Source of the DNA: a virus
Taxonomy: Duplodnaviria > Heunggongvirae > Uroviricota > Caudoviricetes
IMG/VR virus record: IMGVR_UViG_3300040801_001810
Coordinates: 102,194 to 166,193 of that record
Length of the DNA stretch: 64,000 nucleotides
Reading direction: 5' to 3' (one strand)
Below, in pieces: positions 38,185 through 48,229 of this stretch. Within the stretch, counting starts at the first letter, position 1. Every line of letters begins with the position of its first letter. The position numbers and the translations under genes are program-made. The notes beneath the pieces are model-generated. The model was given only the letters and a program-made list of their open reading frames with translations. It was not told where the DNA came from and did no database searches.

Positions 38185-39252
38185 CTATATCGGATAACAG
38201 AATCGAGATCCGTGTCTTCTTGGTGCACTATAGCTGCTTGATGGTCTAGTTGGAGCAGTATATCCTTCTCCAGTTACTCTATCAGGAGCAGTGTATGTTC
38301 CTACAGGTCTAATTGGTGCAGTATAAAAATCAGGATGTCTACATGCCCAAAGAGCGTGATCAAAAGGAACAAATAATATACGACCTGGACATTTCTGTCT
38401 AAATTCGTCGCTAACTATAATCTCTTGAACATAATTATCAAATATAAATTCTGAAGTAATAGTATTATAGGAAGCGCCCGCACTTACAAGTTGTCCATTA
38501 GCTTCAAAGAATATTGTTCCAGGAATATTAAAGTATGAAGCTCCAGTGTATACGTTATGAGAACTAGAACCATATTTTAATGTAGATACAGTTGGATAGT
38601 AAGCCGCTCCTATATTAACGCTTTGAGGATTAGTTACATACTGGTAAAATTCTTCACTAGAAGTATAAGATGCGCCGCCGCCAATTAAATGTTCATTTTG
38701 AACGTATTGATATAAACTTAATATATTACTATATGAGGCACCAGTATATATACTGTGAGTATTTTCATTAAATAATATTGAATTAGCAGGAGGAAAATAT
38801 GCAGCTCCAATACCAACTCTATGAGGGTTATATGCAAATACTATTTCAGTTAGTTCAGTATCATATTCACAGCCTTCAGCATATGTTCTAAAATAATGAA
38901 GTACAGTACTTTCTCCGTAGCTAAAATAACTACTCACCATTGGAGCATTACCAGAGGTTAAAAATAACTCTGATTCTCCATAACTAAATTCACTTAGGCC
39001 ATTAATAATACCAGAACCAATTTCAGGAGCAAGCGCACCAGCCGATACCGATGACTCATTCACACCACCAATGCTATATCTGCCTAGCCTATCAGATTGA
39101 ACAGCTCCTGCATCTACAAAAGAATAGTTGACATAATCTTCAATACTATCTTCTACAGGTAACCCAGCAGTACCAAAGAAATAGTTCTTTGGTGGGGTGC
39201 CTCCGTATTTACTAGCACTAATACCAGCGGCTCCATTATAGAAATTAGCCAT
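38185..39252 (-). CDS. Internally repetitive Tyr/Ser/Gly-rich fibre-like protein
   Basis: Start at ATG 39252 (TAATG overlap); duplicated IGAAY.P....H..YTGASY units; four Y(T/S)AP repeats at the C-terminus. Confidence 0.6.
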   Translation of the reverse strand: MANFYNGAAGISASKYGGTPPKNYFFGTAGLPVEDSIEDYVNYSFVDAGAVQSDRLGRYSIGGVNESSVSAGALAPEIGSGIINGLSEFSYGESELFLTSGNAPMVSSYFSYGESTVLHYFRTYAEGCEYDTELTEIVFAYNPHRVGIGAAYFPPANSILFNENTHSIYTGASYSNILSLYQYVQNEHLIGGGASYTSSEEFYQYVTNPQSVNIGAAYYPTVSTLKYGSSSHNVYTGASYFNIPGTIFFEANGQLVSAGASYNTITSEFIFDNYVQEIIVSDEFRQKCPGRILFVPFDHALWACRHPDFYTAPIRPVGTYTAPDRVTGEGYTAPTRPSSSYSAPRRHGSRFCYPI

Positions 39253-40202
39253 TAGTCTACGCATCCTACTTGAAGTGGAGTACTACGCATTGTAGCGAAG
39301 TCTGTAAGATTAAAGTTATCGTTTGCTCTATCTGTGTATCCTTCTGTGCCAGCAGATAGGGAATCACCACCGAGAATCAGGTCTCCATCATCTAATATCG
39401 GTGCTATCGTGTTGTTTAGAAAGAAATTAAAATTCTCAAATCCAATACTTGACGCATTATCAAAATGAATACCATATTCTACACTATTCGTTAATCGGTT
39501 GAGTATTGCAATTACTATTTGAGTAGTAGCATTATCGTCAGTAATTGCGCTTCCACCATTACCATCTATGACATTTTGAAGTATCGTTATAGGTGCCTGT
39601 GACGTACTTTTTACTTGAATTCCGTCTGAGGTATTATTAGCTACTATGCACCCAATTACAGATGAAACAGATGACGCAGACATACCATAGGTTCCGTTAC
39701 CAATCGCATCACAAAACAATAATGCGTCAGCGTTTAGACCGTACCATCCATATTGAGTATTATTACGAACAGAGCATTGTATATAGACGCAGTAATATTT
39801 GCTTTGAAAACCTCTAGCACAATCGTGAATATATACTTTATGGAAAATTACATAACCAGCATTCTGATAAACTCCAGAATTACTTCCGTTCTTAATTTCA
39901 ATATTCTTGAAATAATGATATGCTGTAATTGCTCCTATACCATAAGAATCAGCATCTATCACAAACGGGGTGCCATCGTCTACTCCAGCAGAATTCACGC
40001 CAATCCATTTAATAAACGCTCCCGCTGCACCCGCTGTTGTTACATTCCAATATGTTCCAGACGGGGTGTAAGTTCCACGAAGATAAACGGTATCTCCTGG
40101 GGCGACGGTTGCTAGCGCATCACTAGGTGCGGTCCAAGCATCTGTCCAATTAAGCCCAGTTCCACCACCTGTCGCAGCAGGGTCTACATAATATGTAGCC
40201 AT
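39252..40202 (-). CDS. Parallel beta-helix (pectin-lyase fold) protein A
   Basis: 316 aa; MATYYVDP..GTG.NW.DAW, PGDTVYL, NN/C-laddered rungs. Confidence 0.75.
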   Translation of the reverse strand: MATYYVDPAATGGGTGLNWTDAWTAPSDALATVAPGDTVYLRGTYTPSGTYWNVTTAGAAGAFIKWIGVNSAGVDDGTPFVIDADSYGIGAITAYHYFKNIEIKNGSNSGVYQNAGYVIFHKVYIHDCARGFQSKYYCVYIQCSVRNNTQYGWYGLNADALLFCDAIGNGTYGMSASSVSSVIGCIVANNTSDGIQVKSTSQAPITILQNVIDGNGGSAITDDNATTQIVIAILNRLTNSVEYGIHFDNASSIGFENFNFFLNNTIAPILDDGDLILGGDSLSAGTEGYTDRANDNFNLTDFATMRSTPLQVGCVD

Positions 40203-40615
40203 TATACCACCTCCAACATTTCTACATAAGTGTAGAAGCGACCTATTTCAACACTGTCTTCTATAACTATGTGTTCCTCGGAATGCTCGCAATCTTCAGC
40301 ACATTCGGGTAAATCTTTGAAGTTATTCTCATGAGAACACCAAGATATAAAGTTGCCTACTTGTGAGCAGTCTTCTAAAACGGAGCCAGCAGCTATGTCA
40401 CAATTATGAAGATTACATTCTCTAAATATCACCCCATCAGCACCAATGGCAGTATGAGGAATAGTGGCTGCAAAGTTGCACTTATAAAACACCTGCTGAG
40501 TTCCTTCTACTATCTCACCCAGTACATGATCTTCTTCAGAGTCTGCCCATCTCTGACACGAGATAAACTTTGGAAGTGGCTGCTTGCCATGAGCATAGTT
40601 TTCATTCTTAATCAT
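40202..40615 (-). CDS. Cys/His-rich small protein associated with the beta-helix genes
   Basis: 137 aa; FRECNLHNC..DCS..WCSHE..PECAEDCEHS. Confidence 0.6.
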   Translation of the reverse strand: MIKNENYAHGKQPLPKFISCQRWADSEEDHVLGEIVEGTQQVFYKCNFAATIPHTAIGADGVIFRECNLHNCDIAAGSVLEDCSQVGNFISWCSHENNFKDLPECAEDCEHSEEHIVIEDSVEIGRFYTYVEMLEVV

Positions 40616-40856
40616 CTATAAGCTCCCATATATCTGGAAAGTTCTTCTTCACGTATTTGCAGATATCAATCATGAATCCTATAAGTGGCAACTTGCCAGC
40701 CTTGTATAATTGTATCTTCTTAGCTCTGGGTGCCTTATTCCACAGCGGAATATACTCGTCCCATCTCTGCTTTAGCTTTAGAAGCTTTGGGCCGATAGTA
40801 GCCTTGTCGGCTTCTACGTTTGTAAATGTGTAATTAGTTGCCATTAGAATGAACAT
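40608..40856 (-). CDS. Hypothetical protein (~76-82 aa)
   Basis: ORF track; overlaps neighbours in operon style. Confidence 0.55.
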   Translation of the reverse strand: MFILMATNYTFTNVEADKATIGPKLLKLKQRWDEYIPLWNKAPRAKKIQLYKAGKLPLIGFMIDICKYVKKNFPDIWELIDD

Positions 40857-41809
40857 CCTATCTTTACTGCTATATTTCTCGCTTCGGCATCTTGTTTCAA
40901 GTTATAAACTTTGCTAGTTGTGTCTAAGTAACCTGCGCTTGACATTGATACATCGTTATCGCCACCTATGTATGTCGCAATGCTCTTTTCTCCGCTATCA
41001 TTTAAATAAAAAGCATTATAGTCTCCAAATATAAGCGCTCCAGCAGCACCAACAATACCCCATGCACTGCCATTTGTTATGCGATTGTTTCTAATAACTA
41101 CCCCAGTATTTACTGAGCCTGTTGTAATTTCTATGGCATTCCCTGTTACCTTGTGAAAGGTATTGTCAGATATTGTACATGAGACTGTACCAGTATAATA
41201 GATTCCATAAGAGGAAAGATTAAAGACCAAATTCCCAATAAATTGAAAAGTACGGCTTGTATTTATAAAATCCCCAGTAATGTTTGAGAATATATTTCCG
41301 ATGATATGAGAATCCGAACCAAAACTAATGATACCATAACCTGAAAATGTGTCTACCGTACACCCAAAGATGTTTATAGACTCATTTGAGGCACTCATAA
41401 AATCCACGCCATCGTGGAAGTAACAATCTTTAAGAGTTAAACCATCACCACCAGATATTGAAAACATTGCAGCTCCAGAATTATGTGCCTCAACTCCTAC
41501 CATCACAAAAATTGATTGCGGTGTACACAGAAACGGATTTGATGTTCCATTACAATCAATTACTATTGCTCCTGGTGTTGGTGTTGTAAGGGTTGCATCA
41601 TAAGCAGTGAGAGTAATTGGGTCTGCGACTGTTCCTGCCGTTGTCCCTAGATCAACTGCTGCTGAAAGGGTTTCACCGCCAGTACCACGTATATCGTCAC
41701 CAGCAGCCATACCAGCCACCATATCAGCAAGACTTTGCCACGCATCAGCCTTTGTTGTTCCATCGTTGGAGCCACTAGCTAAATCAAGATTTAAGTATTT
41801 TACTGCCAT
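40844..41809 (-). CDS. Parallel beta-helix protein B
   Basis: 321 aa; MAVKYLNL..NDGTTKADAWQSL, AGDDI, GNIF/GNLV/DNTF/NNRI rungs; paralogue of A. Confidence 0.75.
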   Translation of the reverse strand: MAVKYLNLDLASGSNDGTTKADAWQSLADMVAGMAAGDDIRGTGGETLSAAVDLGTTAGTVADPITLTAYDATLTTPTPGAIVIDCNGTSNPFLCTPQSIFVMVGVEAHNSGAAMFSISGGDGLTLKDCYFHDGVDFMSASNESINIFGCTVDTFSGYGIISFGSDSHIIGNIFSNITGDFINTSRTFQFIGNLVFNLSSYGIYYTGTVSCTISDNTFHKVTGNAIEITTGSVNTGVVIRNNRITNGSAWGIVGAAGALIFGDYNAFYLNDSGEKSIATYIGGDNDVSMSSAGYLDTTSKVYNLKQDAEARNIAVKIGCSF

Positions 41810-43293
41810 TATGCCACCTCAACTTGTGGGTCTATGTACTTGTGAAGAGTTGCGCTGTACTTCGTACAAAAGCAGCGTAAAGTTATCCAGCCTGCTACTG
41901 GCTGAGTAACCGCTGCCTCAATATAATTAGTCCAGTCACCTGCTCCAGACCTTGCAGCAATAGCCTCGTCTGACTTAGTAACATTCCCGTAAGCATCTTC
42001 AGCTTCAAGCCAAAGTTCGCTTGATGTAAGAGCGTCTGTTACTGATTGAACGTAGTAGCGATATGTTTTTGCTGTGAATGAGGTTTGCCAAATGCGGTGT
42101 TCAAAGACCATTGCTGTTGACTGAGGATTTGACTTAATTCCATCTTCGGTCTTTCTACCAATTCTACTAGCATTAATATCGAATAATATATCGATTACTT
42201 TATCTGATCCACCCGAGCGAAGATTAACATCAGCACCAGAACCATCATTAGATGACACCCACCCAGCACCGTTGATATATTTAGTATTAACGCCTTTTAC
42301 ACGTTCGGCATCTTCTATCCAAGCTCCGTTAACTTGTGTCGGAGTAGCAACAACAGAGTACCAAAGCTGTGATAGCGGTAAGGAACAGTTTTTAAGTATA
42401 ACTTCGCAATCTTGAGAGTTTTGGTAAAATGCGTTTATTGATCCAGACCTATTACAATCATCTAAAATAACTGTAGAACCGCTATGAATAAATGGTCCTG
42501 TATTAATAAAAGAACATCTTAAAAATGTTGCTTCATATGTATAGATATAATTTGAAGTAACATCGGCTCCACTTATAATACAATTTATCAATACCGAAAA
42601 GCTAATAGCTGAAAATATGTAATAAGCGTTTGGCTGAATTATATAACAGTTAATAACTCTCCAACCTAGTGACTGCATATTAAAGAAAGACTTAGCATTT
42701 CCTATAAATTGTATGTTAGCAAACGTCCAGTAATAATCCCCAGCCCCGTTAAAATCTGCGGCTGCTATATAATTAAGCCCTGGAACTACATCTGGATCAG
42801 CATTCCAAGTTGATATAAGAACGTCTCCTAGAGCTTGTGCTTCATCATAATATTCATCGGCCTTAATAGTAAAAGAACCTGTTACGGTATCCCCAATATA
42901 CTCGCAGTTAAGTGTTACTTGAGATGTGCTGTCTATCGTTTCTATCCAATAAGGATTCCCATCAGGCCCTGTAATACTTCGTCCATTATGTGCAAAAGCT
43001 AACATATCGTTGCTTACAATACCAGTAACAATTTTACTTCCTTGAGTAAAAACTCCAGAAGTGCTTTTAGCTGCCCTTGGCCAACCAATAACTTTAATTG
43101 GTAAAACGGATGTTCCGTCAGCTGTTAAATCTACATCAGCAGAGATATCTTGAAGTGTTGTTCTTCTTACCCATACAGTGTCTCCTGCTGATAAAGCTGA
43201 TATTAATACAGCAGCTAGATCAGTATATGCATCAGTCATACTTGTGCCATCAGGTGTGCCAGTAGCAGTATCATCTACAAAGATATTTGCCAT
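41809..43293 (-). CDS. Parallel beta-helix protein C with C-terminal beta-sandwich
   Basis: 494 aa; MANIFVDD..DGTSM.DAY, AGDTVWV, NC/RC rungs. Confidence 0.7.
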   Translation of the reverse strand: MANIFVDDTATGTPDGTSMTDAYTDLAAVLISALSAGDTVWVRRTTLQDISADVDLTADGTSVLPIKVIGWPRAAKSTSGVFTQGSKIVTGIVSNDMLAFAHNGRSITGPDGNPYWIETIDSTSQVTLNCEYIGDTVTGSFTIKADEYYDEAQALGDVLISTWNADPDVVPGLNYIAAADFNGAGDYYWTFANIQFIGNAKSFFNMQSLGWRVINCYIIQPNAYYIFSAISFSVLINCIISGADVTSNYIYTYEATFLRCSFINTGPFIHSGSTVILDDCNRSGSINAFYQNSQDCEVILKNCSLPLSQLWYSVVATPTQVNGAWIEDAERVKGVNTKYINGAGWVSSNDGSGADVNLRSGGSDKVIDILFDINASRIGRKTEDGIKSNPQSTAMVFEHRIWQTSFTAKTYRYYVQSVTDALTSSELWLEAEDAYGNVTKSDEAIAARSGAGDWTNYIEAAVTQPVAGWITLRCFCTKYSATLHKYIDPQVEVA

Positions 43294-43805
43294 TAATTAC
43301 CCACTTTGTTATCTTTGATCTCTTTGACTTTCAAAGCAAGATCAAGTTGTTCTTCATCAGTGAACTGATTCTCTACATAATCATCAACATTGGTTTCAGT
43401 TGATCCATCAATAATTGCCCCAACAGCTTCAAGCTTCTGCATTGGAAGAGTCTTATCTTTGAATTTAATGTCAGAATCTTCAATCTGCATAATGGTTTTA
43501 TTCTTAAACTCCGCTTTTAGCACGCCAAGCTCTTTGAGTTTCGCAATCTCAGGGGAGTCTTCTATGGGTGGAGGATTTTCAATAGAATCAATATGCTTTG
43601 CAATACATTCAACTATTTTTGCAGTCAACTCTTCTTGTGTAGGTTCTTGTTTTAATAATACTGGATAATTACGAAGATCTGTATATTGTTCGCATGTAGT
43701 CTTATCAAATACATCGTCTTCTGACTTAACTATTCCACATAGAATATAACCATCCCAACCTTTGGAATGTCGTCCTCGGCCATGAAAGAAACCTTTAACA
43801 ATCAT
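43293..43805 (-). CDS. Hypothetical protein in the fibre cassette
   Basis: 170 aa ORF, TAATG-coupled to beta-helix C. Confidence 0.6.
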   Translation of the reverse strand: MIVKGFFHGRGRHSKGWDGYILCGIVKSEDDVFDKTTCEQYTDLRNYPVLLKQEPTQEELTAKIVECIAKHIDSIENPPPIEDSPEIAKLKELGVLKAEFKNKTIMQIEDSDIKFKDKTLPMQKLEAVGAIIDGSTETNVDDYVENQFTDEEQLDLALKVKEIKDNKVGN

Positions 43806-43808
43806 AGG

Positions 43809-44234
43809 TTACCCCTGATACATTTTAAATAGACCGCTAGCATTAACTACGATTTTAAAGTCAGTGCCATCATTAGCTGTCTTGTCCGTTAGAAAGTCCA
43901 TAATATATACATACTTATTAATGCCGCCTTGAGTATCTACGATTGCACAGTATCTAGCAGGACCAATATCTCCACCAGCAGCTGTCCAAGTAACATCAGC
44001 TATATCAAAAGTAGCATAAAGTCCACTACGAGTAACTTGCTGGCTAGTAACAGCCATATCTAATTGAGTATATCCGCTGCCTGTAGGCATTTCGTATGTA
44101 TTAGCATAATCTTCTGAAGCATATGTAAAAGCAGCTCCAGATGAGTGTAAGGTAGCAACCATAGAATCAGTATCTAGATCAACTGTACCACTAGCAACTA
44201 ATGCTATTAAACTAATAGGAATTATATCTGCCAT
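43809..44234 (-). CDS. Fibre-anchor-like virion protein
   Basis: 141 aa; DLDTD..ATLH..FDIADVTWTA..ARYCAIVD motif typical of small phage fibre N-terminal modules. Confidence 0.55.
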   Translation of the reverse strand: MADIIPISLIALVASGTVDLDTDSMVATLHSSGAAFTYASEDYANTYEMPTGSGYTQLDMAVTSQQVTRSGLYATFDIADVTWTAAGGDIGPARYCAIVDTQGGINKYVYIMDFLTDKTANDGTDFKIVVNASGLFKMYQG

Positions 44235-44246
44235 AAAAATTTTCCT

Positions 44247-44858
44247 TTATTGTAGTACTGGAGTCTCGTCTACTGTAATATAACTTGAGAGGTCACTTAC
44301 ACTAGTTAATACATTACCAGTAAAAGTAATGTATACTCCAGATAATTGTGTCTCTACGTTAGGCTCTTGATTTTTAGGATCAGTTCCATATACGTAGAAT
44401 CTAGCTAAGCCTGATTCTAAATAATCAGGTACACCAGATAAGTTTATTCCTGTTCCAGAAGAAGGTATGTCCCCACTAGGAACAGCACCAGATTCTGTAA
44501 CCGAATCGTATTCAAGTATTCCAGTAGTAAAATCCCAGGAATAAGTAGATTGTATTTCTGTTCCATCTAAAGCTATAATGCTGTCTGGTTTTTCAAATAC
44601 ATACACTGTATAATCAGTATTTGGTTGCATGTTAACTTCTGGTATGAAATTAACTTGAACAACTGTACCACTAGAAGTCCATGCTACCTCCAGAGAACCA
44701 ACCACTGAAGTATAAGTACTTTTATCGTTAACAGATATAGTACTCCAATCTACAGTATTAGGTTGAATAGGTCTATCGAAATAAATCTTAATAGTTTCAT
44801 TACGATAGACTCCAGTTGCATTTATAGTTGGTGTATGACTAATTACTTTTAATGCCAT
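44247..44858 (-). CDS. Ig-like (Big_5/SbsA-type) virion surface protein
   Basis: 203 aa; HTP..NATGVYRNETIKIYFDRPI..FIPEVNMQPNTDYTV..YSWDFTTG, then the start of a second such domain. Confidence 0.75.
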   Translation of the reverse strand: MALKVISHTPTINATGVYRNETIKIYFDRPIQPNTVDWSTISVNDKSTYTSVVGSLEVAWTSSGTVVQVNFIPEVNMQPNTDYTVYVFEKPDSIIALDGTEIQSTYSWDFTTGILEYDSVTESGAVPSGDIPSSGTGINLSGVPDYLESGLARFYVYGTDPKNQEPNVETQLSGVYITFTGNVLTSVSDLSSYITVDETPVLQ

Positions 44859-44863
44859 AAATT

Positions 44864-45553
44864 TTATTCTTCTTCGTTAACTCTTATTCCAGTCATTCCA
44901 GGACCAAACTCATTTAATTTTTTTCTTATTAATTCAAGAACTTCCTGTCTAGCTCTATTCAAAGGGTTATATCCTTTTTGTTCATAGTCTAGTAGGTCAA
45001 TTAAATTTCTTCTGGCTGCTTTGGTTAGAGGAGCATCATTAACAAATTTACGTAAATTAATGAAGTTTAGATTTTGTAGCTTAGTGTACATTTCTTTATT
45101 TTTTCCAATAAAGACTCTATCGCCATTATCTTTATATCCAAATTCATCTGCAACGCCAGTTACTTCTTTCTTTTTTCCTGGAGGATTTTTAGGATCCGCT
45201 TCAACTAAAATACCAAACTTATAAGCTAGTAATACTCTAGAGAGGTTTTCCTTAGGAATTTTAGTAGTGTCTACATACCATTTAAGATCAGTTTCTTTCT
45301 TTCCAAAACTCACATAGTCTGAATTACCATGATCATCTTTTTCTATTTCAGTAGCAACAGGAACATTAACTTTTTCTCCTGTCATATCTGTGACTTCTAT
45401 CATTTTAAAGGGGCGTCCTGTTAGGACTTTTGTTGAAGCAAATAGTCTTACTCCTGAACAATTATCTCCTTGATCGTCAAACCACATAGATCCTTTTTCT
45501 AATCTTAGATATTTTGGTAATTTAAATTCTTTTGATTCTTTTGATTTAGCCAT
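44864..45553 (-). CDS. Hypothetical head-associated protein
   Basis: 229 aa, directly after the MCP terminator, strong SD. Confidence 0.6.
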   Translation of the reverse strand: MAKSKESKEFKLPKYLRLEKGSMWFDDQGDNCSGVRLFASTKVLTGRPFKMIEVTDMTGEKVNVPVATEIEKDDHGNSDYVSFGKKETDLKWYVDTTKIPKENLSRVLLAYKFGILVEADPKNPPGKKKEVTGVADEFGYKDNGDRVFIGKNKEMYTKLQNLNFINLRKFVNDAPLTKAARRNLIDLLDYEQKGYNPLNRARQEVLELIRKKLNEFGPGMTGIRVNEEE

Positions 45554-45660
45554 AAAACCTTCCTCTTTTCTGTTTTGGGTTTCTCCTTTTTTTAGGTATA
45601 ATGATACCTAATAGCACTCCTATCTAGTATAGTACATACATCTGAAAAAATACTTAAATG

Positions 45661-45691
45661 AAAAAAGGGCAGAAGAAAATCTTCTACCCTT
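45661..45691 (-). terminator. Intrinsic terminator after major capsid gene
   Basis: Minus strand AAGGGTAGAAG-ATTTT-CTTCTGCCCTT followed by a T run; U.G wobble only on minus. Confidence 0.85.
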
Positions 45692-45719
45692 TTAGGTTTC
45701 TCTACTATCTCAACCAAGA

Positions 45720-47048
45720 TTATGGAAGAGCAGGTGATGGAGCTGTGAAGCCGCTTGGAACACCACTTAGAGTTAGATTAGCCAGACTTTGACTATTCGA
45801 GTTCTCGAAGTTGTAGTTTCTTGCGATAGCTATATTAGAGGCTTTAGCAATTGCTTTACCTTGTTCTAATACTGCGAATCCATATGCTTCTCTCATTTTA
45901 ATGTTGAGAATATCCCTTTCAGGATCTGTCCAACGATCAGTTCTCACTGCTTCGCTTTGTCCGATAACACCACAATTATCACTATCAACCATGATAACAT
46001 TAGTAGCGCAACCAGTATCCATTCTTTCGATACCTTGGGCACCGTATGTGAATGGGACATAGTGTGTAACAACAACCTGGATAGGTGATGGCAAGTAACT
46101 TGGAGCTACTTGGAATGTCGAACCTAGAGGATTAAGAGTTTGAACCCAAGGATTTGGACCCTTAACTGTGTTACCACTTGTTTTTTCTGTTCCAGTTGCA
46201 CCAGTACGTAGACCGTAGCCCATGTGTGATGTACCCCAGTTAGGACCTGATTGACCACCCTTAACCTGAGCGATTGTAGATGCAGCTAGTACAACTTCTC
46301 TCATTTCAGGATCTGTGGCGAAAGTTTTCCATGCAAGTGGATGCAATAGAAGAGTATCAGGACTGAAACCACGATTTAGAAGATAAGCGTATAGTTCGAA
46401 AACATCAGTTGCTGTCATTGAACCATTTGCTACGCCTGTTATATCTCTACCAGTTGTTGAACCAGCGTACGATGTAGCTGGGGATGCATTATCAAAGATT
46501 TTGTATCCCATTTCGTTAATAAGCTTAGCTGCAACTCTTTCTTTGCAACGAGCAAGTGCTTTACCAGCTGCTCTTAGCCAAACATTAACTACGTCAAACT
46601 GATTTTGTTGTACAACATCTTCAGTTAGTGAGATTTTTAGACCATACTTGTCTGTTGTGATCGCAACCATGTCTCCACCGTCTAGATCTAACATTCTTTC
46701 AGGATACTCACCAGCTTGACCTACTCGGCCAGCTTCAAGTGCACCAAGTGCACCAATTTGAATTCTTGAACCTTGTTCGATAGTTATCTGTTGGAATAAC
46801 TTCTGAACGATGAAAAGATTAGGTTCGATTGCTTCTCTAACAACTGTTTCAATTGTTTGAGGAACAAATCTCATTAGATCTTCTTTAGTTACAAGGTCTC
46901 TTAAAGAGAAAGATTGTATGTCACCTTTTTCATCAATAAGGCGTCCACGAGAAGTGAAAGCATCGTAGGTGTTAAGGTACTTAGTACGGTCATCTTTCTT
47001 TGGGAAAAAATCCCATGCAACTTGATCTCTAATTGTCATATAAGCCAT
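45720..47048 (-). CDS. Major capsid protein (HK97 fold)
   Basis: 442 aa; follows protease and decoration genes, has its own terminator; KYGLKISLTEDVV, PDTLLLHPLAW, NIKMREAYGFAVL motifs. Confidence 0.85.
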   Translation of the reverse strand: MAYMTIRDQVAWDFFPKKDDRTKYLNTYDAFTSRGRLIDEKGDIQSFSLRDLVTKEDLMRFVPQTIETVVREAIEPNLFIVQKLFQQITIEQGSRIQIGALGALEAGRVGQAGEYPERMLDLDGGDMVAITTDKYGLKISLTEDVVQQNQFDVVNVWLRAAGKALARCKERVAAKLINEMGYKIFDNASPATSYAGSTTGRDITGVANGSMTATDVFELYAYLLNRGFSPDTLLLHPLAWKTFATDPEMREVVLAASTIAQVKGGQSGPNWGTSHMGYGLRTGATGTEKTSGNTVKGPNPWVQTLNPLGSTFQVAPSYLPSPIQVVVTHYVPFTYGAQGIERMDTGCATNVIMVDSDNCGVIGQSEAVRTDRWTDPERDILNIKMREAYGFAVLEQGKAIAKASNIAIARNYNFENSNSQSLANLTLSGVPSGFTAPSPALP

Positions 47049-47063
47049 GTGTATTCCTCCTAA

Positions 47064-48227
47064 TTATGATACAAGCAGTTGGATTCTAGCCAGACCGAAT
47101 GCACCGCTACGGATTGCATTAAAAATAGCTTCCACTGATGGAGCTGTTCCTGTGCCAATATACAGACAGTAGTATGCGAAATCAAAAAGATTTTTGATCA
47201 TACCAGCAGTTTGTGAACCAGGCATTCCAGATCTTGGGTAAGTCAGAACGTCGTCTAGTCCGTGTTTAGGCATTCTAGTATCTAAAGCAATTAATTTTCC
47301 TACTGTTTGAGGAGTCTTAGGCATGTTATAAGCAGTTAAGCCAGTAACACTTACACCAGAAGCAGTTGTCAATGTTGCTGCTGACTGAATAGCATAGTTT
47401 CCAATACCATCAGAAGTTACAAATTGACCAGCTTTTGGAGCCGAAGTTGTTCCATCAAAAGCAAGATATGTGAATGATTTGTTAACACTTCTCCAAAGAA
47501 CAGTATTAGTGTAATCAGCTGATGCGACAACTGGATTACAACCCGATGCTGCTAATGAATCAGAATAGTTAACGAAAGGTACTTCAACATACCAGTCAGT
47601 TAAGAAATGATAACCATCTGGATGCATTCTGTAGTTAATCCATTCTCCACGAATATCTTGATAGACATCTGTGAATGCTACGCCGATTGGGCAGTTAGCT
47701 GGATTAACAAATGAACCGCTTGCAGCAGCTCTAAGGCCGCCAGCAGCTCTTGTTCCTGCTGTTACATCGTCTGATGTATAGTAACCACTATAAACTGCTC
47801 CACCATTTGCAGGTACGATCAGTCCAGCGATTCCATCTTCATAACCGAAGTATGAAGAGTCAATATTTACGTTAATTTTGGCACCAGTTCCTGTGCCCAT
47901 GTAGTCACCCTGGTTTGCAATTGTAATAGTTCCGCTGTTAATTGGATGAGCAAGACCGCTAACAGGAGTTGAATCAAAAGGTGTAATTGAAGAAATAATT
48001 CTTCCCTTAGGTATTACTACCCAATCTTCTGTGTTGGTATCTTGTAACGCAACAGGTAGATTTTTATAAACACCCATGTATTCAGCAGGACGCACACCTT
48101 CAGACTGTTCAAATCTCCAGTTACGAAGATCAGACATAGCATACTTTGAAGGTCTAGTTCTAATATCCTGCTTCCATGTAGTTCCAGCTGTAAATTGCAT
48201 TGGAGTGAATTGATTGCTAATAGCCAT
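47064..48227 (-). CDS. Capsid decoration/cement protein (putative)
   Basis: 387 aa between protease and MCP; VVIPKGRII, PIGVA, GQFVTSDGIGNY motifs. Confidence 0.65.
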   Translation of the reverse strand: MAISNQFTPMQFTAGTTWKQDIRTRPSKYAMSDLRNWRFEQSEGVRPAEYMGVYKNLPVALQDTNTEDWVVIPKGRIISSITPFDSTPVSGLAHPINSGTITIANQGDYMGTGTGAKINVNIDSSYFGYEDGIAGLIVPANGGAVYSGYYTSDDVTAGTRAAGGLRAAASGSFVNPANCPIGVAFTDVYQDIRGEWINYRMHPDGYHFLTDWYVEVPFVNYSDSLAASGCNPVVASADYTNTVLWRSVNKSFTYLAFDGTTSAPKAGQFVTSDGIGNYAIQSAATLTTASGVSVTGLTAYNMPKTPQTVGKLIALDTRMPKHGLDDVLTYPRSGMPGSQTAGMIKNLFDFAYYCLYIGTGTAPSVEAIFNAIRSGAFGLARIQLLVS

Positions 48228-48229
48228 TA

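Noticed and set aside
39252-43293. Diversity-generating retroelement acting on the beta-helix genes
   Set aside because: No reverse transcriptase and no near-identical template/variable repeat pair differing at adenines was seen; the paralogues are broadly diverged
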